A stretch of 64,000 nucleotides of DNA from Halorussus marinus (GTDB taxonomy: Archaea > Halobacteriota > Halobacteria > Halobacteriales > Haladaptataceae), in the NCBI RefSeq assembly GCF_004765795.1, contig NZ_SBIV01000002.1, forward strand, positions 310,001-374,000, written 5' to 3'. The notes under the pieces were generated by a model that saw only the letters and a list, made by a program, of their open reading frames with translations, had not been told where the DNA came from and did not search any database. The position numbers were made by a program, and so were the translations under genes. Shown here one piece after another: positions 17,509-31,164 of the stretch. Each line of letters begins with the position of its first letter. The first letter of the stretch is position 1.

Positions 17509-18600
17509 TCACGACCGCGAGAGAAGCTTCGAGAGGTGCTCGGTCGAGAAGAAGGAGGTCGGCTTGTCCATGTGGACCCCGATCTCGCCGGAGAACGCCG
17601 ACAGCCCGACTCGCTGGACGGGCTCGGGAAGCGAGTACGCCCTGCGTATCCAGTGGCCGAGCCGGATCTCGGTGGCGAGGTCCTCGCGCCACGCCGACTC
17701 GTAGTCCGCGAGCGTCGACGGCCGCTCGGGGTCGATCTCGCGGGCGGCGTGGTCGGCGGCGGTCATCCCGTAGAGGATGCCGCCGCCGGTGAACGGCTTG
17801 GTCTGGGCCGCGGCGTCGCCGATCAGCAACCCCCGGCGACTCGTCACCGTCTCGGCCGGCCCGACCGGGATCATCCCGGCGCAAAAGTCCCCGGTCTCGG
17901 TCCCGTACTCGTCGGTGAACGACTCGAACAGCTCTCTGGCGGGCGGCTCGGAGCCGGGCGGGGCCGCGAGGCCGTACTCGACGCCCGCCTCGCCCCGCGG
18001 GATGCGCCACGCGAAAAAGCGCGGCGCGGTGAGGTGGACGTCGACGAAGTCGCCGGGGTCCTCGTCGGTCGAGAACCCGAGCACCCCCTGAAGCTTCTCG
18101 CCGGGTTCGGGCAGTCCGAGTTCGCGCCGAACCCGCGAGACCGGGCCGTCACAGCCCGCGACCATCCGGGCCTCGAACGTCTCGGTGCCGTCGGGGCCGG
18201 TCGCGGTCACCGCGACGCGGTCCGGGCGCTCCTCGACCGTCGAGACGCTGTGGTGTTCCCGGAGGTCGACGCCCGCCTCGCGGGCGGCGTCGGCGAGGCG
18301 CCGGTCGAGGCCGACCCGGTCGATGACGTTCGAGATCACCTCGCGCTTGTAGAAGGGGTAGTCGTCGCTGGCCGGCCCGCCGACGTGGAACCGCGCGCCG
18401 AACACCTCGTTCTGGAGGAGTTCCTCGCGGGCACCCTCGGGCGTGAACTCCCAGATGTCGGTGCTGACGTGGCCCGAGCACGCGAGGGGCTCGCCGACCG
18501 AGCCGCGTTCGAGCGCCAGCACGTCGTACCCGCGTTCGGCCGCGCGCCGCGAGAACCGCGAGCCGGCGGGACCGGCGCCGACGACGACGAAATCGTACAT
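17509..18600 (-). CDS. Geranylgeranyl reductase-family FAD oxidoreductase
   Basis: GAGPAGS FAD motif, GDAA..KPFTGGGI. Confidence 0.9.
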   Translation of the reverse strand: MYDFVVVGAGPAGSRFSRRAAERGYDVLALERGSVGEPLACSGHVSTDIWEFTPEGAREELLQNEVFGARFHVGGPASDDYPFYKREVISNVIDRVGLDRRLADAAREAGVDLREHHSVSTVEERPDRVAVTATGPDGTETFEARMVAGCDGPVSRVRRELGLPEPGEKLQGVLGFSTDEDPGDFVDVHLTAPRFFAWRIPRGEAGVEYGLAAPPGSEPPARELFESFTDEYGTETGDFCAGMIPVGPAETVTSRRGLLIGDAAAQTKPFTGGGILYGMTAADHAAREIDPERPSTLADYESAWREDLATEIRLGHWIRRAYSLPEPVQRVGLSAFSGEIGVHMDKPTSFFSTEHLSKLLSRS

Positions 18601-18633
18601 CGGCTTCGGATACGGCGTTGGCGCTCAAGTATC

Positions 18634-19188
18634 CTACCCTTCGGCGTTCGGGGGCTTTTCCTTGCGGGAGAGCTGTCTGCGTCGCACGTAGTGGGCCAGC
18701 GCCGAGACGGCGAACGCCGCCACGATGAGGACGCCCCAGATCTCGTCGGGGATCGCCTCGAACGGCGCCACCCCAAGCAGATCGCCGATCACCAGCACGG
18801 CGCTGACCGCGGCCAGTCCGAGGTAGTATCTGATCCACGGGAACTCGTCCTGCGGTCGGAGATACCCCTCGAGCTGGGCCGCGTTGCCCGACAGCTCGAC
18901 CACGCCGCGGTTCTGGTTGTACTCGACGATACCGGCGTCCGCCAGCTTCGGGAGATGAGTCTGATAGAGGGAGGTGTACACCGACTTGCGCTCGTTGGCC
19001 GACAGCCCCTCGACGGTGGTGTCGTTCTCCCAGGCCGCGACCTGCTCGGCGAGCTCCGACAGCTCCACCGGACGCTCCTGTTGCTTGAGGTAATGGAGCG
19101 TGTATCGCCGCCGTCGGTTCTTGAGCACGTCGAAGATCAGGTCTTCCGACAGCGCCTCTCGTTCCGGTGAGTTGTCAGCCGAGCTCAT
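18634..19188 (-). CDS. Membrane-anchored wHTH protein (haloarchaeal DUF7344-like)
   Basis: IFDVLKNRRRR...VYTSLYQTHLPKL plus two C-terminal TM helices. Confidence 0.85.
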   Translation of the reverse strand: MSSADNSPEREALSEDLIFDVLKNRRRRYTLHYLKQQERPVELSELAEQVAAWENDTTVEGLSANERKSVYTSLYQTHLPKLADAGIVEYNQNRGVVELSGNAAQLEGYLRPQDEFPWIRYYLGLAAVSAVLVIGDLLGVAPFEAIPDEIWGVLIVAAFAVSALAHYVRRRQLSRKEKPPNAEG

Positions 19189-19341
19189 GCTCCCGAAGTC
19201 GCTCAATCGCTTGTTGCCCCGGTGCCACCGCCACCCATCGTAACACGGTAGACGAGATTCGCCCGGACCGCACTTTGTTATCCAGTACTTAGCCCCGAGT
19301 AACTGTCAGGTAGTACCCAGACGTTCGAAGTAACGGAGAAA

Positions 19342-19370
19342 TTCCCGTATTTAATCCGGCAATACGGGAA
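19342..19370. promoter_or_regulatory. 10-bp inverted repeat (uvrA terminator or operator)
   Basis: TTCCCGTATT-N9-AATACGGGAA, 26 bp past the uvrA stop, in an AT-rich intergenic region. Confidence 0.45.
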
Positions 19371-19395
19371 AATATCGGACAAAACGCGTCGATCG

Positions 19396-22386
<2,991 letters not shown>

Positions 22387-22777
22387 CTGGCTCCGGATAG
22401 GGACTTGGGGCGTGAAACGCTGTCGGTTCCGGACGGTATCACGGTGAAAGTGGTCGGCGTTTCGAGGGCGCGTTCGGCGCTCCGATAGCCGTGACATTTA
22501 TTAGCACACGGCACGAACTCGGCTCCGAGGAGGCGACGCGGACGGAACGATTTGCTACCCAGAGGCGTATCACGGCGTCGCCTCCTCCGGCCCGAACCAC
22601 GGCCGACATCCCGAAAGACGGGGTTGAGCCAGCCAACCACAGACGCCAGCGGGACGGGCCCATCCCGCCTTTTCACGCTTTCGACGAGTGCCGAACGGCC
22701 TCGCCACCGGGGTCCGCGCTGGGCCGCCGCCGCGGGCGACCATCGGGCTTTTCTCGGCAGTTCGCGTACAGGTCCGC

Positions 22778-23776
22778 ATGGATGCAGAACGGGCGTTCGT
22801 CGCCGCCCTCGTCGCTATTTCGATCTACCTCTCGTGGCTGGTGGTCCGACCGTTCTTCACGTTCGTCGCGCTCGCGGTGTTTCTGGCCTATACCCTCTGG
22901 CCGCTCCAGCGACGGCTCGCGCCCCGATTCGAGGAGCGGTTGGGACCGCGTCTGGCACCCCGGGCGGCGGCGCTCGCGCTCATGCTCGGGGCCACCGTGC
23001 TGTTCGTGCTCCCCTTTCTGTTGCTGGTTCGGGTCGTCGTCCGGCAGGCGGTCGCGGTCGTCGAGGGCGTCCAGTCGGGCGCGATCGACGTCGCGTTCGT
23101 CCGGGAGTTCATCGACAGCGACCTCGGACAGGAGCTCGTCTCGATGGCGCAGTCCGGGCTCGGACGGGTGTTACAGGAGACGCCGGGCGTCGTCGGCGGG
23201 GCGTCGAACGCGCTAGTCGGCGTCACGGTGCTCGGGTTCGTCCTCTACTACCTGCTCGTCGACGGCGCCGACGCGGTCGCGTGGGTCCGAGAGGTCGTGC
23301 CGCTCGGCCCGGACGTTCGCGAGGAACTGTTCGCGGAACTCGACCGGCTCACGTACGCGGTGCTCATCACTCAGGGGGTCATCGCGGTCGTGCAGGCGGT
23401 GTTAACCGGGATCGCGCTCGCGGTGCTTGGGTTCTCGAACGTCCTGTTCTGGACGGTGTTGGCGGTGGTGCTCGGGCTGTTGCCGTTCGTCGGCTCGATG
23501 TTCATCTGGATCCCGGCCGGGGCGTTCCTGCTCGCGACCGGCGACCTCGTGGGCGGGGCGGCGCTGTTGGTCTACGGGTTCGGCGTCGTGAACCTCACCG
23601 ACAACTACCTCCGGCCGGTCGTCGGCGGCCGGAGCGCGAACCTCAATCCCAGCATCCTCGTGGTCGGGATCTTCGGGGGCCTCGCGGTGTTTGGCTTCGC
23701 GGGCATCTTCGTCGGTCCCATCGTGCTCGGGTTCGCGAAGTCGCTGGTCGCGGTGGCGGCCCGCGAGTACGCCTAG
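22778..23776 (+). CDS. AI-2E family transporter
   Basis: Hydrophobic; LPFVGS..WIP, DNYLRP, GIFVGP motifs. Confidence 0.9.
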   Translation: MDAERAFVAALVAISIYLSWLVVRPFFTFVALAVFLAYTLWPLQRRLAPRFEERLGPRLAPRAAALALMLGATVLFVLPFLLLVRVVVRQAVAVVEGVQSGAIDVAFVREFIDSDLGQELVSMAQSGLGRVLQETPGVVGGASNALVGVTVLGFVLYYLLVDGADAVAWVREVVPLGPDVREELFAELDRLTYAVLITQGVIAVVQAVLTGIALAVLGFSNVLFWTVLAVVLGLLPFVGSMFIWIPAGAFLLATGDLVGGAALLVYGFGVVNLTDNYLRPVVGGRSANLNPSILVVGIFGGLAVFGFAGIFVGPIVLGFAKSLVAVAAREYA

Positions 23777-24897
23777 TACTCCGGGACCCGGGCCGACCGA
23801 TCGCTCCCGTCGACGAACGGCAGGCGCTCGACCGACGCCAGCGACTCCTCGCCGTCGACCCGGACGGTCAGGACCGGCGCGTCGTCGCCGCCGACCGCGA
23901 ACTCGACCACCGCGAACGCCAGCGGTTCGCCCCGGGAGGGGCTCTCGATCGCGCGGGTGACCTCGCCGACCGCCTCGTCGCCGTCGAACACCGCCGCGCC
24001 CGGCTCGGGCCGGTCGTTCGTCCGGAGGCCGACCAGCCGCCGGCTCGGCTGGCCGCGGTTCTCGACCCGGGAGACGACCTCCTGACCGACGAAACAGCCC
24101 TTCTCGAAGTCGACCGCGTTCCGGAGCCCGAGGACGTTCGGAATCCGGCCCGCGAGTTCGGACTCGAACAGCGGCGTGCCGGCCTCGAGGGTGAGCGACT
24201 CCCACGTCCGGCGGCCGAACGGGGTCGCGTTCAGCCCGCGGGTGAGCAGGGTCTCGTAGACGACCTCGGCGTTCGGGCGCTCGACGCCGGTCTCGGTCTC
24301 GACGGTGCCGGTCGTACAGACCACCTCGTAGCCCTCCTCGCCGGTCGGGGCGTCGGTCCGGATCACCGTCACGCCCACGTCCGCCATCCGCCCGCGGACG
24401 AACGAGAGGTGGCCCTCGGGCGTCCCGGAGCCGTTGAGCACGCTCGCGATCTTCTCGGTGGCCTGCGGGCCGTGGACGCCGAACACGCCGAAGCCGTCGG
24501 TCGCGGTCTCGATCTCGACATCCTGTATGAACACCTTCTCGCGCCACTCCTCGGCCAGCCCCCCGGCCTCGCCCGGCGGCACGAACAGCAACAGCCGGTC
24601 GCCGGCGTTGTAGACGTACATGTCAAACTCGACGCCGCCCTGCGGGTCGAGCAACAGCGCGTAGGCGCCCTCGCCGTCGGCGGTCGGCACGCGGTTCGAG
24701 ACCACGTTGTCGACGTACTCGACCCGATCCTCGCCGGTGACGACCACCACGCCGTAGGGCATCTCGGTGACCCCGACCACGTTTCGGACCGCTCGGTGGG
24801 CCCGATCGGCCCGGCCGTAGTGGGCCGGGATCGATCGCCCCCCGACCTCGGTGAACTCGGCGCCGAGGTCCGACTGCTGGTCCTCGATGACTGTCAT
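23773..24897 (-). CDS. Folate-binding aminomethyltransferase-like protein (YgfZ/GcvT family)
   Basis: KGCFVGQEVVSR motif; GcvT-like N-terminus. Confidence 0.9.
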   Translation of the reverse strand: MTVIEDQQSDLGAEFTEVGGRSIPAHYGRADRAHRAVRNVVGVTEMPYGVVVVTGEDRVEYVDNVVSNRVPTADGEGAYALLLDPQGGVEFDMYVYNAGDRLLLFVPPGEAGGLAEEWREKVFIQDVEIETATDGFGVFGVHGPQATEKIASVLNGSGTPEGHLSFVRGRMADVGVTVIRTDAPTGEEGYEVVCTTGTVETETGVERPNAEVVYETLLTRGLNATPFGRRTWESLTLEAGTPLFESELAGRIPNVLGLRNAVDFEKGCFVGQEVVSRVENRGQPSRRLVGLRTNDRPEPGAAVFDGDEAVGEVTRAIESPSRGEPLAFAVVEFAVGGDDAPVLTVRVDGEESLASVERLPFVDGSDRSARVPEY

Positions 24898-25008
24898 GGG
24901 CATCGATTGGGCGGGCACCGGGATTAAACGGTCGGGTTCGGAAGCGCACCGGAGAGCCGACTCCCACCGGCGGGCCGGCGGGGCGGCGGCCCGCCCGGCG
25001 GCCGCGGT

Positions 25009-25875
25009 TCAGCGCTCGGCGGTCGCGCGGATCAGGTCGGCCAGTCGGTCGTAGAAGCCGGGGTCGTACTTGGTCTCGGCGTCGACGGTCGGGCGGGCGT
25101 TGGTCTCGTTGACGACCGCGCGGTCGCCCGAGACGAGGATGTCGACCCCGAGGAAGTCGACGTCAAGCGCGTCGGCGGCCGCCTCGGCGAGCGACCGGAG
25201 CTCCGCCGAGAGGTCGACGCCGGTCGCCGCCGCGCCGCGGTGGACGTTGTGCTTCCAGCGGTCTGCGCCCGCCGCGTCGGGCAGGCGGCGCTCGACCCCG
25301 CCGACGCACTCGCCGTCGACCACCATCGCCCTGACGTCGGTGGCGTCGGGGAGGTACTCCTGGACCAGAAACGACTTGTCGCCGGTCGCCCGGTAGTCGT
25401 GGACCAGATCGAGGTAGTCGGTCACGCCCAGAAAGGAGTCGGCGTCGCCGATCTTCGCCACGCCGACGCCCCTAGTCGTGGAGTTGGGCTTGATCACGAC
25501 CGGCGGGTCGAAGCGGTCGAACGCCGCCAGCAGGTCCGACTCGTCGGCAGGGTTCGAGACGACCACGCTCTCTGGGACCGCCACGCCCGCCCGTTCGAGC
25601 GCCGCGATCGCGCCGGCCTTGTTCCGGGAGGTGAGCACCGCCTCGCGGTCGTTGACCCACGGGACCGCGAGCATGGCGTCGAGGACGCCGCCCTCCATCG
25701 TCCGCGAGGGGTAGACGAACCCCGCGTCGAACGACTCGGGATCCCACGGCGGGTCCCCGAGCGGGATCGTCCGGCCCTCGCTGGGGACGTGGTGGATCCG
25801 GATCCCGCGCTCTGCGAGGGGTTCGCGGATCCGCTCGAACGTCTCCTCTCGGTACGCGACCGCCAGATCCAGCAT
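25009..25875 (-). CDS. RimK-family ATP-grasp ligase
   Basis: VIKPNSTTRGVG, LVQEYL, WKHNVHRG, GVDIL, NETN. Confidence 0.9.
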   Translation of the reverse strand: MLDLAVAYREETFERIREPLAERGIRIHHVPSEGRTIPLGDPPWDPESFDAGFVYPSRTMEGGVLDAMLAVPWVNDREAVLTSRNKAGAIAALERAGVAVPESVVVSNPADESDLLAAFDRFDPPVVIKPNSTTRGVGVAKIGDADSFLGVTDYLDLVHDYRATGDKSFLVQEYLPDATDVRAMVVDGECVGGVERRLPDAAGADRWKHNVHRGAAATGVDLSAELRSLAEAAADALDVDFLGVDILVSGDRAVVNETNARPTVDAETKYDPGFYDRLADLIRATAER

Positions 25876-25913
25876 ACGAGAGTGGTGGGAGCCTCGGGTG
25901 AAAAGGTTTGATC

Positions 25914-25960
25914 GACCGGTCGCGGCGGCCCGGCGTTCGGGCCGCGTCGCGCGAGCGGTC
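25914..25960 (-). terminator. GC-rich hairpin downstream of rpl10e
   Basis: GCGGCCCG-N5-CGGGCCGC core with extended flanking pairing. Confidence 0.3.
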
Positions 25961-25969
25961 GGGATCGGG

Positions 25970-26500
25970 TTACGCGACGAGCAGTTCCTCGCCCTTCTCG
26001 ACCTTCACGCGGCAGGGCGGGGAGATCTTGTTGTACGCGCGCCGCATCGCGTCCTTGACGACGTCGGCGTCCTCGGGCTGACACCACGCGGTGAAGATGC
26101 GCTCGCCGGCGCCCATCCGGGCGGCCGTACCAACGATCTTCCCGAACGACTGGCGCATCCCGTCGGAGACGCGGTCCGCGCCCGCGCCGGTCGCCTGCTT
26201 GTTCTCTCGGATGACCTGGTGGGGGAACTTCCGGAGGATCATCTTGTAGTTCTCTTGGCCCAGCTCTTTCAGCAGGTGGCGGTTGGCCGACAGCCGGGAG
26301 GCCTCCATCGAGCCGTGGCGGAGCTGGACCTCCTCCTCGGTGATGAGGCTGATCTGGACGGGGTAGTCCTCGGGGTCGGTGTCGACGTTGCCCATCTTGT
26401 GCTGTGCGATCTTCGACCCGGGGATGCCGGTGATGTACTCGCGGCGAGTGTACGACGGCTTGTCGATCTTCCGGTACATCGAGGCGGGTTTGTCCGACAT
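25970..26500 (-). CDS. rpl10e: 50S ribosomal protein uL16 (L10e)
   Basis: [31 protein letters not shown]. Confidence 0.97.
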   Translation of the reverse strand: MSDKPASMYRKIDKPSYTRREYITGIPGSKIAQHKMGNVDTDPEDYPVQISLITEEEVQLRHGSMEASRLSANRHLLKELGQENYKMILRKFPHQVIRENKQATGAGADRVSDGMRQSFGKIVGTAARMGAGERIFTAWCQPEDADVVKDAMRRAYNKISPPCRVKVEKGEELLVA

Positions 26501-26601
26501 GGTTATTACTGGATTCTGAAGGTCACTGCGGGGATAAACCCTTCGAAGGCACGTCGGACGCTCGGGCCACCAGCCGGGCGAACGCCGCCCGCCGGCGCCG
26601 T

Positions 26602-27447
26602 TCAGCGCCGGACCGCCACGAGCGCCAGCGCCGCGAGCAGTCCGCCCTCCACCAGCCCCGCGGCGTGGGCGAACACGTTGGTGAACGAGCCGTCGGCGGT
26701 CGGTCGCGCCGGAAAGAGGCCGTAGACGAGCCACACCAACAGCGCGACCACCAGCCCGACGTAGACGAGGTCGAGCCCGACCTGCCGGAAGTGGTCGTCG
26801 CCGAACCGCCGGCCGTGCCCGCGCGAGAGGATGCCCGACACCGCCGACGCGAGCCCGACCGCCACCGCGCCGCCCTCGAAGGGACTCACGCGGTCGGCGT
26901 AGATCCACAGCAGTTCGGCCACCAGCAACACGACCGTGAACTGGCCGACGAAGAAGGCGGTCGCCCGCGAGTAGTTGGCCCGGAGCTGGACCCCGAGCGC
27001 GACCAGCAAGAACCCCCCGAACCCCGCGACCACGCCCGAGAACCCCCGGGAGATCGGCGTCGAGCCCGGATAGCGGGCCTCGAGGGCGACGTAGCTCGTG
27101 AGGTTGACCGCCACCGGGAGCGCGACCAGCAAGACCGGGAACGTCCGGCGGAACCACGCCCGACGACCTGCGGTGAGACACGCCAGATACGTCACGACCG
27201 AAAGCGAGACGAACCCCCCGAGGTTGTTGAGCAGGTGGGCGTCGCCGGCGTGGACGTACGCCGACGTGAGCAGGGTCTCGGGCGCGAACGCGCCGTGGTC
27301 GAACGCGAGTCGGTCGTGGACCGCCTCGGGAGCGAGGACGTGGACGCCGACGAGCGCGAGCGCGACCGCCGCCACTCCCGCGAGGTCGAGGGCGATCGCC
27401 GACCGCGGGTACGCGAAGGCGCCGCCCGGATCCGAGCCGTCGACCAT
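26602..27447 (-). CDS. Rhomboid-like intramembrane serine protease
   Basis: H....HLLNN, GFSG (catalytic Ser) and AHAAG (catalytic His) in TM context. Confidence 0.7.
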   Translation of the reverse strand: MVDGSDPGGAFAYPRSAIALDLAGVAAVALALVGVHVLAPEAVHDRLAFDHGAFAPETLLTSAYVHAGDAHLLNNLGGFVSLSVVTYLACLTAGRRAWFRRTFPVLLVALPVAVNLTSYVALEARYPGSTPISRGFSGVVAGFGGFLLVALGVQLRANYSRATAFFVGQFTVVLLVAELLWIYADRVSPFEGGAVAVGLASAVSGILSRGHGRRFGDDHFRQVGLDLVYVGLVVALLVWLVYGLFPARPTADGSFTNVFAHAAGLVEGGLLAALALVAVRR

Positions 27448-27546
27448 CGGCGTTGCTTCGACGCGACGGGCAAAAAGCGCTCGCCCGGTAGCGGCAGGTC
27501 CCGCTCCGCCCCGAACGACTAATGAGCCGGCGACCGCAGGACGCGT

Positions 27547-28377
27547 ATGGTCGAAGACACGTTCGACATCGGCGGCGATCTCACCGTGAACCGGCTCGGC
27601 TTCGGCGCGATGCGGCTGACCGGCGACGACATCATCGGTCGGCCCGACGACGAAGCCGAGGCCCGGGCGGTGCTGGAGCGGGCGGTCGAGTTCGGCGTCG
27701 ACTTCGTCGACACCGCCGACTCGTACGGCCCCGGGGTCAGCGAGCGCATCATCGGCGAGACGCTCTCGCCCGACGACGCGGTGGTGGCGACCAAGGCCGG
27801 ACTGCTCCGGAACCGGGACGGCGAGTGGCTCCCTCACGGCGGGCCGGACTTCGTCCGGAATCAGGTGCTGTGTAGCCTCGATCGGCTCGGCGTCGACACC
27901 ATCGACCTCTACCAGCTCCACACGCCCGACGTCGACGGGCCGTTCGAGGACGTGGTCCAGACGTTCGCCGAGCTCAAAGACGACGGGCTGGTCGAGCACG
28001 TCGGGCTGAGCAACGTCGACGTCGAGCAACTGGACCGCGCCCGCGACGTGGTGGACGTCGCGACCGTCCAAAACGAGTACAACGTCGGCAACCGCGAACA
28101 CGAGGACGTGCTCGAAGCCTGCGAGGAGGCCGACATCGGCTTCATCCCGTACTTCCCTATCGGCGGGGGCGACCTCGGCGAGAAGGCCGACGTGCTGGAG
28201 GACGTGGCCGGCGACCGCGAGGCGACCGCTCGGCAGGTCGCGCTGTCGTGGCTCCTCCACCATTCGGACGTGACGATCCCGATCCCGGGGACGTCGAGCG
28301 TCGAGCACCTCGAAGAGAACGTCGGGGCCGCCGACGTCGAACTCTCCGAGGACGAACTCGCACGGCTCAGCGAGTAG
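27547..28377 (+). CDS. Aldo/keto reductase
   Basis: RLGFGAM, DTADSYG, IDLYQLH, GLSN, PIPGT. Confidence 0.95.
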   Translation: MVEDTFDIGGDLTVNRLGFGAMRLTGDDIIGRPDDEAEARAVLERAVEFGVDFVDTADSYGPGVSERIIGETLSPDDAVVATKAGLLRNRDGEWLPHGGPDFVRNQVLCSLDRLGVDTIDLYQLHTPDVDGPFEDVVQTFAELKDDGLVEHVGLSNVDVEQLDRARDVVDVATVQNEYNVGNREHEDVLEACEEADIGFIPYFPIGGGDLGEKADVLEDVAGDREATARQVALSWLLHHSDVTIPIPGTSSVEHLEENVGAADVELSEDELARLSE

Positions 28378-28496
28378 AGAGCGACTTTTCCGACCTATCA
28401 CGACACGCCCTCCCTCGAACCGACGGCGCCGGGGCTGTCGGGGTAGCGTCGAAAGAAAAACCGTCTGATCGTCTCGCGCAGTCAGTAAAAACCGAC

Positions 28497-28691
28497 TTAG
28501 AGGCGCTCGACGTTGGTCGCGCGCGGACCCTTGTCCGCCTGTTCGATGTCGAACTCGATCTCAGTTCCCTCTTCGAGGTCCGGGCCGCCAACGTCTTCCA
28601 TGTGGAAGAAAACGTCCTCGTCCGCATCCTCAGTGTCGATGAAACCGTAGCCGCCAGTGTCGTTAAAGAAGTCGACCGTACCTGTTGCCAT
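28497..28691 (-). CDS. csp: Cold-shock protein
   Basis: GTVDFFNDTGGYGFI..DVFFH..KGPRA. Confidence 0.97.
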   Translation of the reverse strand: MATGTVDFFNDTGGYGFIDTEDADEDVFFHMEDVGGPDLEEGTEIEFDIEQADKGPRATNVERL

Positions 28692-28898
28692 TGCTTCTAA
28701 AGAGAGACGCGGGGGACTGATAAGGGTTCCGAGAGACGCGCTACCACGAGCCGCGACGACGATGGGCGAGGAGCGACCGCGGGTCCCGGCTCGTACTGGC
28801 GGCTGTAGCTACTTTACTCTCCAGTCGCCGGAGAGTCGTTATGGATTGACACACTGGCGTCTCCGAACGAGCTTTTCGCGTAAGTACAGCCGCCAGTA

Positions 28899-30344
28899 TC
28901 AGTCGTCCGCGACGGGCGCGTCGGGCCGGAAGTCCCGGCTGATCGCCTTCCACTTGCCGGTCGAGAAGCGGTAGTAGTTGATCGCGGCCGGCACGATCGT
29001 CTCCCCGAGAAACGAGAGGTAGAGCCCCGCGATCCCCAGCGACGTGGTCGCGCCCAAATACGCGATCGGGATGGCACAGCCGAACATCCCGACGAGTTGG
29101 CTGTAGAAGGGCCAGCGGGTGTCGCCGCTGGCGTCGAGCGGGCCGGCGGCCGCGCCCTTGACCCCTTGGGCCAGCACCGCGAGGCAGGCGGCGTAGACGA
29201 GCCCGACCGCGACCGGGATCGAGGGGTCGGTCGCGTCGCCCACGAACAGCCCGACGATCGGTTCGGCGAACGCCGCGACCAGCACCGCGGCGACCGCGTA
29301 GGTCGCGACCGCGAACGCGATCACGTCCCGGGCGTACGACTCGGCCCCGAGCTCGTCGCCCTCCCCGAGCGCCTGTCCGACGAGACTGCTCGACGCCAGC
29401 CCGAAGCCCCAGCCGGGCGTGTTCATCAGCCCCCAGATGCGCCGGGCGATGACGTAGGCCGCGACCACGCTCGGGCCGAACAGCCCGACGATGGCGAGCA
29501 TCGGGAACTTCGCGACCGTCCAGACGAGGTTGCGACCCACGACCGGCAGGCCGATGGTGACCAGATCGCGCATCGTCTCGACGTGGACGTACGAGCCGAA
29601 CGGGTCGACCCGCACCGGGAGCTCGCCCGCGCCGGGGAGTCGACCCGCGATCAGGCCGGCGGCGAACGCGGCGGTCACGACCACGTTCGCGAGCACGGTC
29701 CCGAGCGCCGCGCCAGTGACGCCCATCTCCAGCCCGAAGATGAACGCGGCGTTCAGCGCGATGTTGGCGACGGCGCCGCCGGCCCGGACCAGCATCGGGG
29801 TCCAGGCGTCGTCGGCGCCGATGTAGATCCGACTCCCGATGAGGTTGAGCCCCGCGAACGGGACGCCGACCGCGAGCGTCCGGAGGTAGGCGGCGCCGAG
29901 TTCGATGGCTCGCGCATCGTCGGTCATCACCGAGATGAGTTCGGCCGGGAACAGCCAGAACGCCGCGGTCACCGGCACCGTGACCGCGACCACCAGCGCC
30001 GCGCTCGCCCGGACCGCGACCCCGAGCTCGTCGAACGCCTCGGCGCCGTAGCGCTGGGAGACCAGCGCGATGGTGCCGCCCGCGAGCCCGCCGCCCAGCG
30101 AGAACGCGATACCCCAGTACGGCGACGCGAACCCGACGCCCGCGATGGCGACCGGGCCGACCGCGACCCCGACCATCGCCACGTCGACGGCGTTTTTCGA
30201 CATCCGCGCGAGGCCGGTCACGATCCGGGGCCACGCGAGGTCGGTCGTGTGCCGGACGTGCTCGGGGTCTACCACGCCCGCGCGAGCGAGCGCGAGCCCG
30301 ATGTAGAGGATGAGCAGCCGGACGGGGTTCGGAAAGCGGACCAC
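28899..30344 (-). CDS. MATE-family efflux transporter
   Basis: About 12 TM; LAWP, DVAMVG, SQRYGA, GDTRWP; GTG start assumed. Confidence 0.92.
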   Translation of the reverse strand: MVRFPNPVRLLILYIGLALARAGVVDPEHVRHTTDLAWPRIVTGLARMSKNAVDVAMVGVAVGPVAIAGVGFASPYWGIAFSLGGGLAGGTIALVSQRYGAEAFDELGVAVRASAALVVAVTVPVTAAFWLFPAELISVMTDDARAIELGAAYLRTLAVGVPFAGLNLIGSRIYIGADDAWTPMLVRAGGAVANIALNAAFIFGLEMGVTGAALGTVLANVVVTAAFAAGLIAGRLPGAGELPVRVDPFGSYVHVETMRDLVTIGLPVVGRNLVWTVAKFPMLAIVGLFGPSVVAAYVIARRIWGLMNTPGWGFGLASSSLVGQALGEGDELGAESYARDVIAFAVATYAVAAVLVAAFAEPIVGLFVGDATDPSIPVAVGLVYAACLAVLAQGVKGAAAGPLDASGDTRWPFYSQLVGMFGCAIPIAYLGATTSLGIAGLYLSFLGETIVPAAINYYRFSTGKWKAISRDFRPDAPVADD

Positions 30345-30459
30345 GACCAAACAGTGTTTCGAATCGAAGGTAAACGTTTTCTTTCCGTGAGGAGTCTTCG
30401 GCGTCTCGCCGCGATTCCAAAGTAGGGACGCGAGCCCGAGCGAGTCGCGTCCGGCCCGG

Positions 30460-31164
30460 TCAGTCGTTCGGATATGCCTTCTCGAACGGGTCGGGGGGCA
30501 ACAGGAGGTCGCCGAGTTCGGGCATGTGTTTCACGTTGAACAGCACTTTCAGCTCGTCGGTGATGGGCATCCCGTTGCACGACAGCCGGATGCCCCGCTC
30601 CATCAAATCGGACGGGAGGACGTGACTGGAGGGCATCGAGAGTTCGCCGTCGACGAGCTTGATCGCGCAGTTGGCGCACGCCCCGCCCCGGCAGGCGAAC
30701 GGCCAGGCGTAGCCGTCCGCCTCGGCGGCTTCGAGGAGCGACTCCCCGGGTTCGACCGCAAAGCGCCCGTAATCGTCGTCGTCGAGCCCCGCGTCGCCCG
30801 CCTTCTCGAAGAGGTCCTCGTCGTCGGTCTCCCACCCGAAGTCCGCGAGGACGTCGTAGTTGAGGTAGGTGACCTCCGAGTAGGCACGCTCGGGCTCTCC
30901 GCGGGGGGCGTCGCCCGGGGGTTCGGACTCGGCGCCGGGGTCAGGATCGGCGCCGGGGTCGGGTGCGGGCGAGGAATCGGGCGGCCGACCGTCCTCGACG
31001 TAGCCGGCCTTGATCCGCTCGTAGGCGGTCCGGACCGCCTGAAACTCCTCGACCGACCCGCCCTGATCCGGATGAGCTTCCTTCACGCGTTCGCGGTACG
31101 CCCGCTCTATCTCCGCCTCCTCGGCGTCTGTGTCGACGCGTAACACGTCGAACGGGGACTGCAT
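30460..31164 (-). CDS. J-domain / [2Fe-2S] ferredoxin fusion protein
   Basis: N-terminal J-domain with HPD; C-terminal CRGGACANC...C plant-type ferredoxin. Confidence 0.9.
   Translation of the reverse strand: MQSPFDVLRVDTDAEEAEIERAYRERVKEAHPDQGGSVEEFQAVRTAYERIKAGYVEDGRPPDSSPAPDPGADPDPGAESEPPGDAPRGEPERAYSEVTYLNYDVLADFGWETDDEDLFEKAGDAGLDDDDYGRFAVEPGESLLEAAEADGYAWPFACRGGACANCAIKLVDGELSMPSSHVLPSDLMERGIRLSCNGMPITDELKVLFNVKHMPELGDLLLPPDPFEKAYPND

Noticed and set aside
22387..22777. ncRNA or damage-response box in the uvrA upstream region (repeated TTTCAC, GC hairpin near 22648-22668)
   Set aside because: Motifs are short and compatible with ordinary promoter elements or chance; no recognisable RNA family.
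25970..27181. 403-aa extended L10e
   Set aside because: The extension is a shadow frame of the upstream rhomboid-like gene; L10e starts at 26500.
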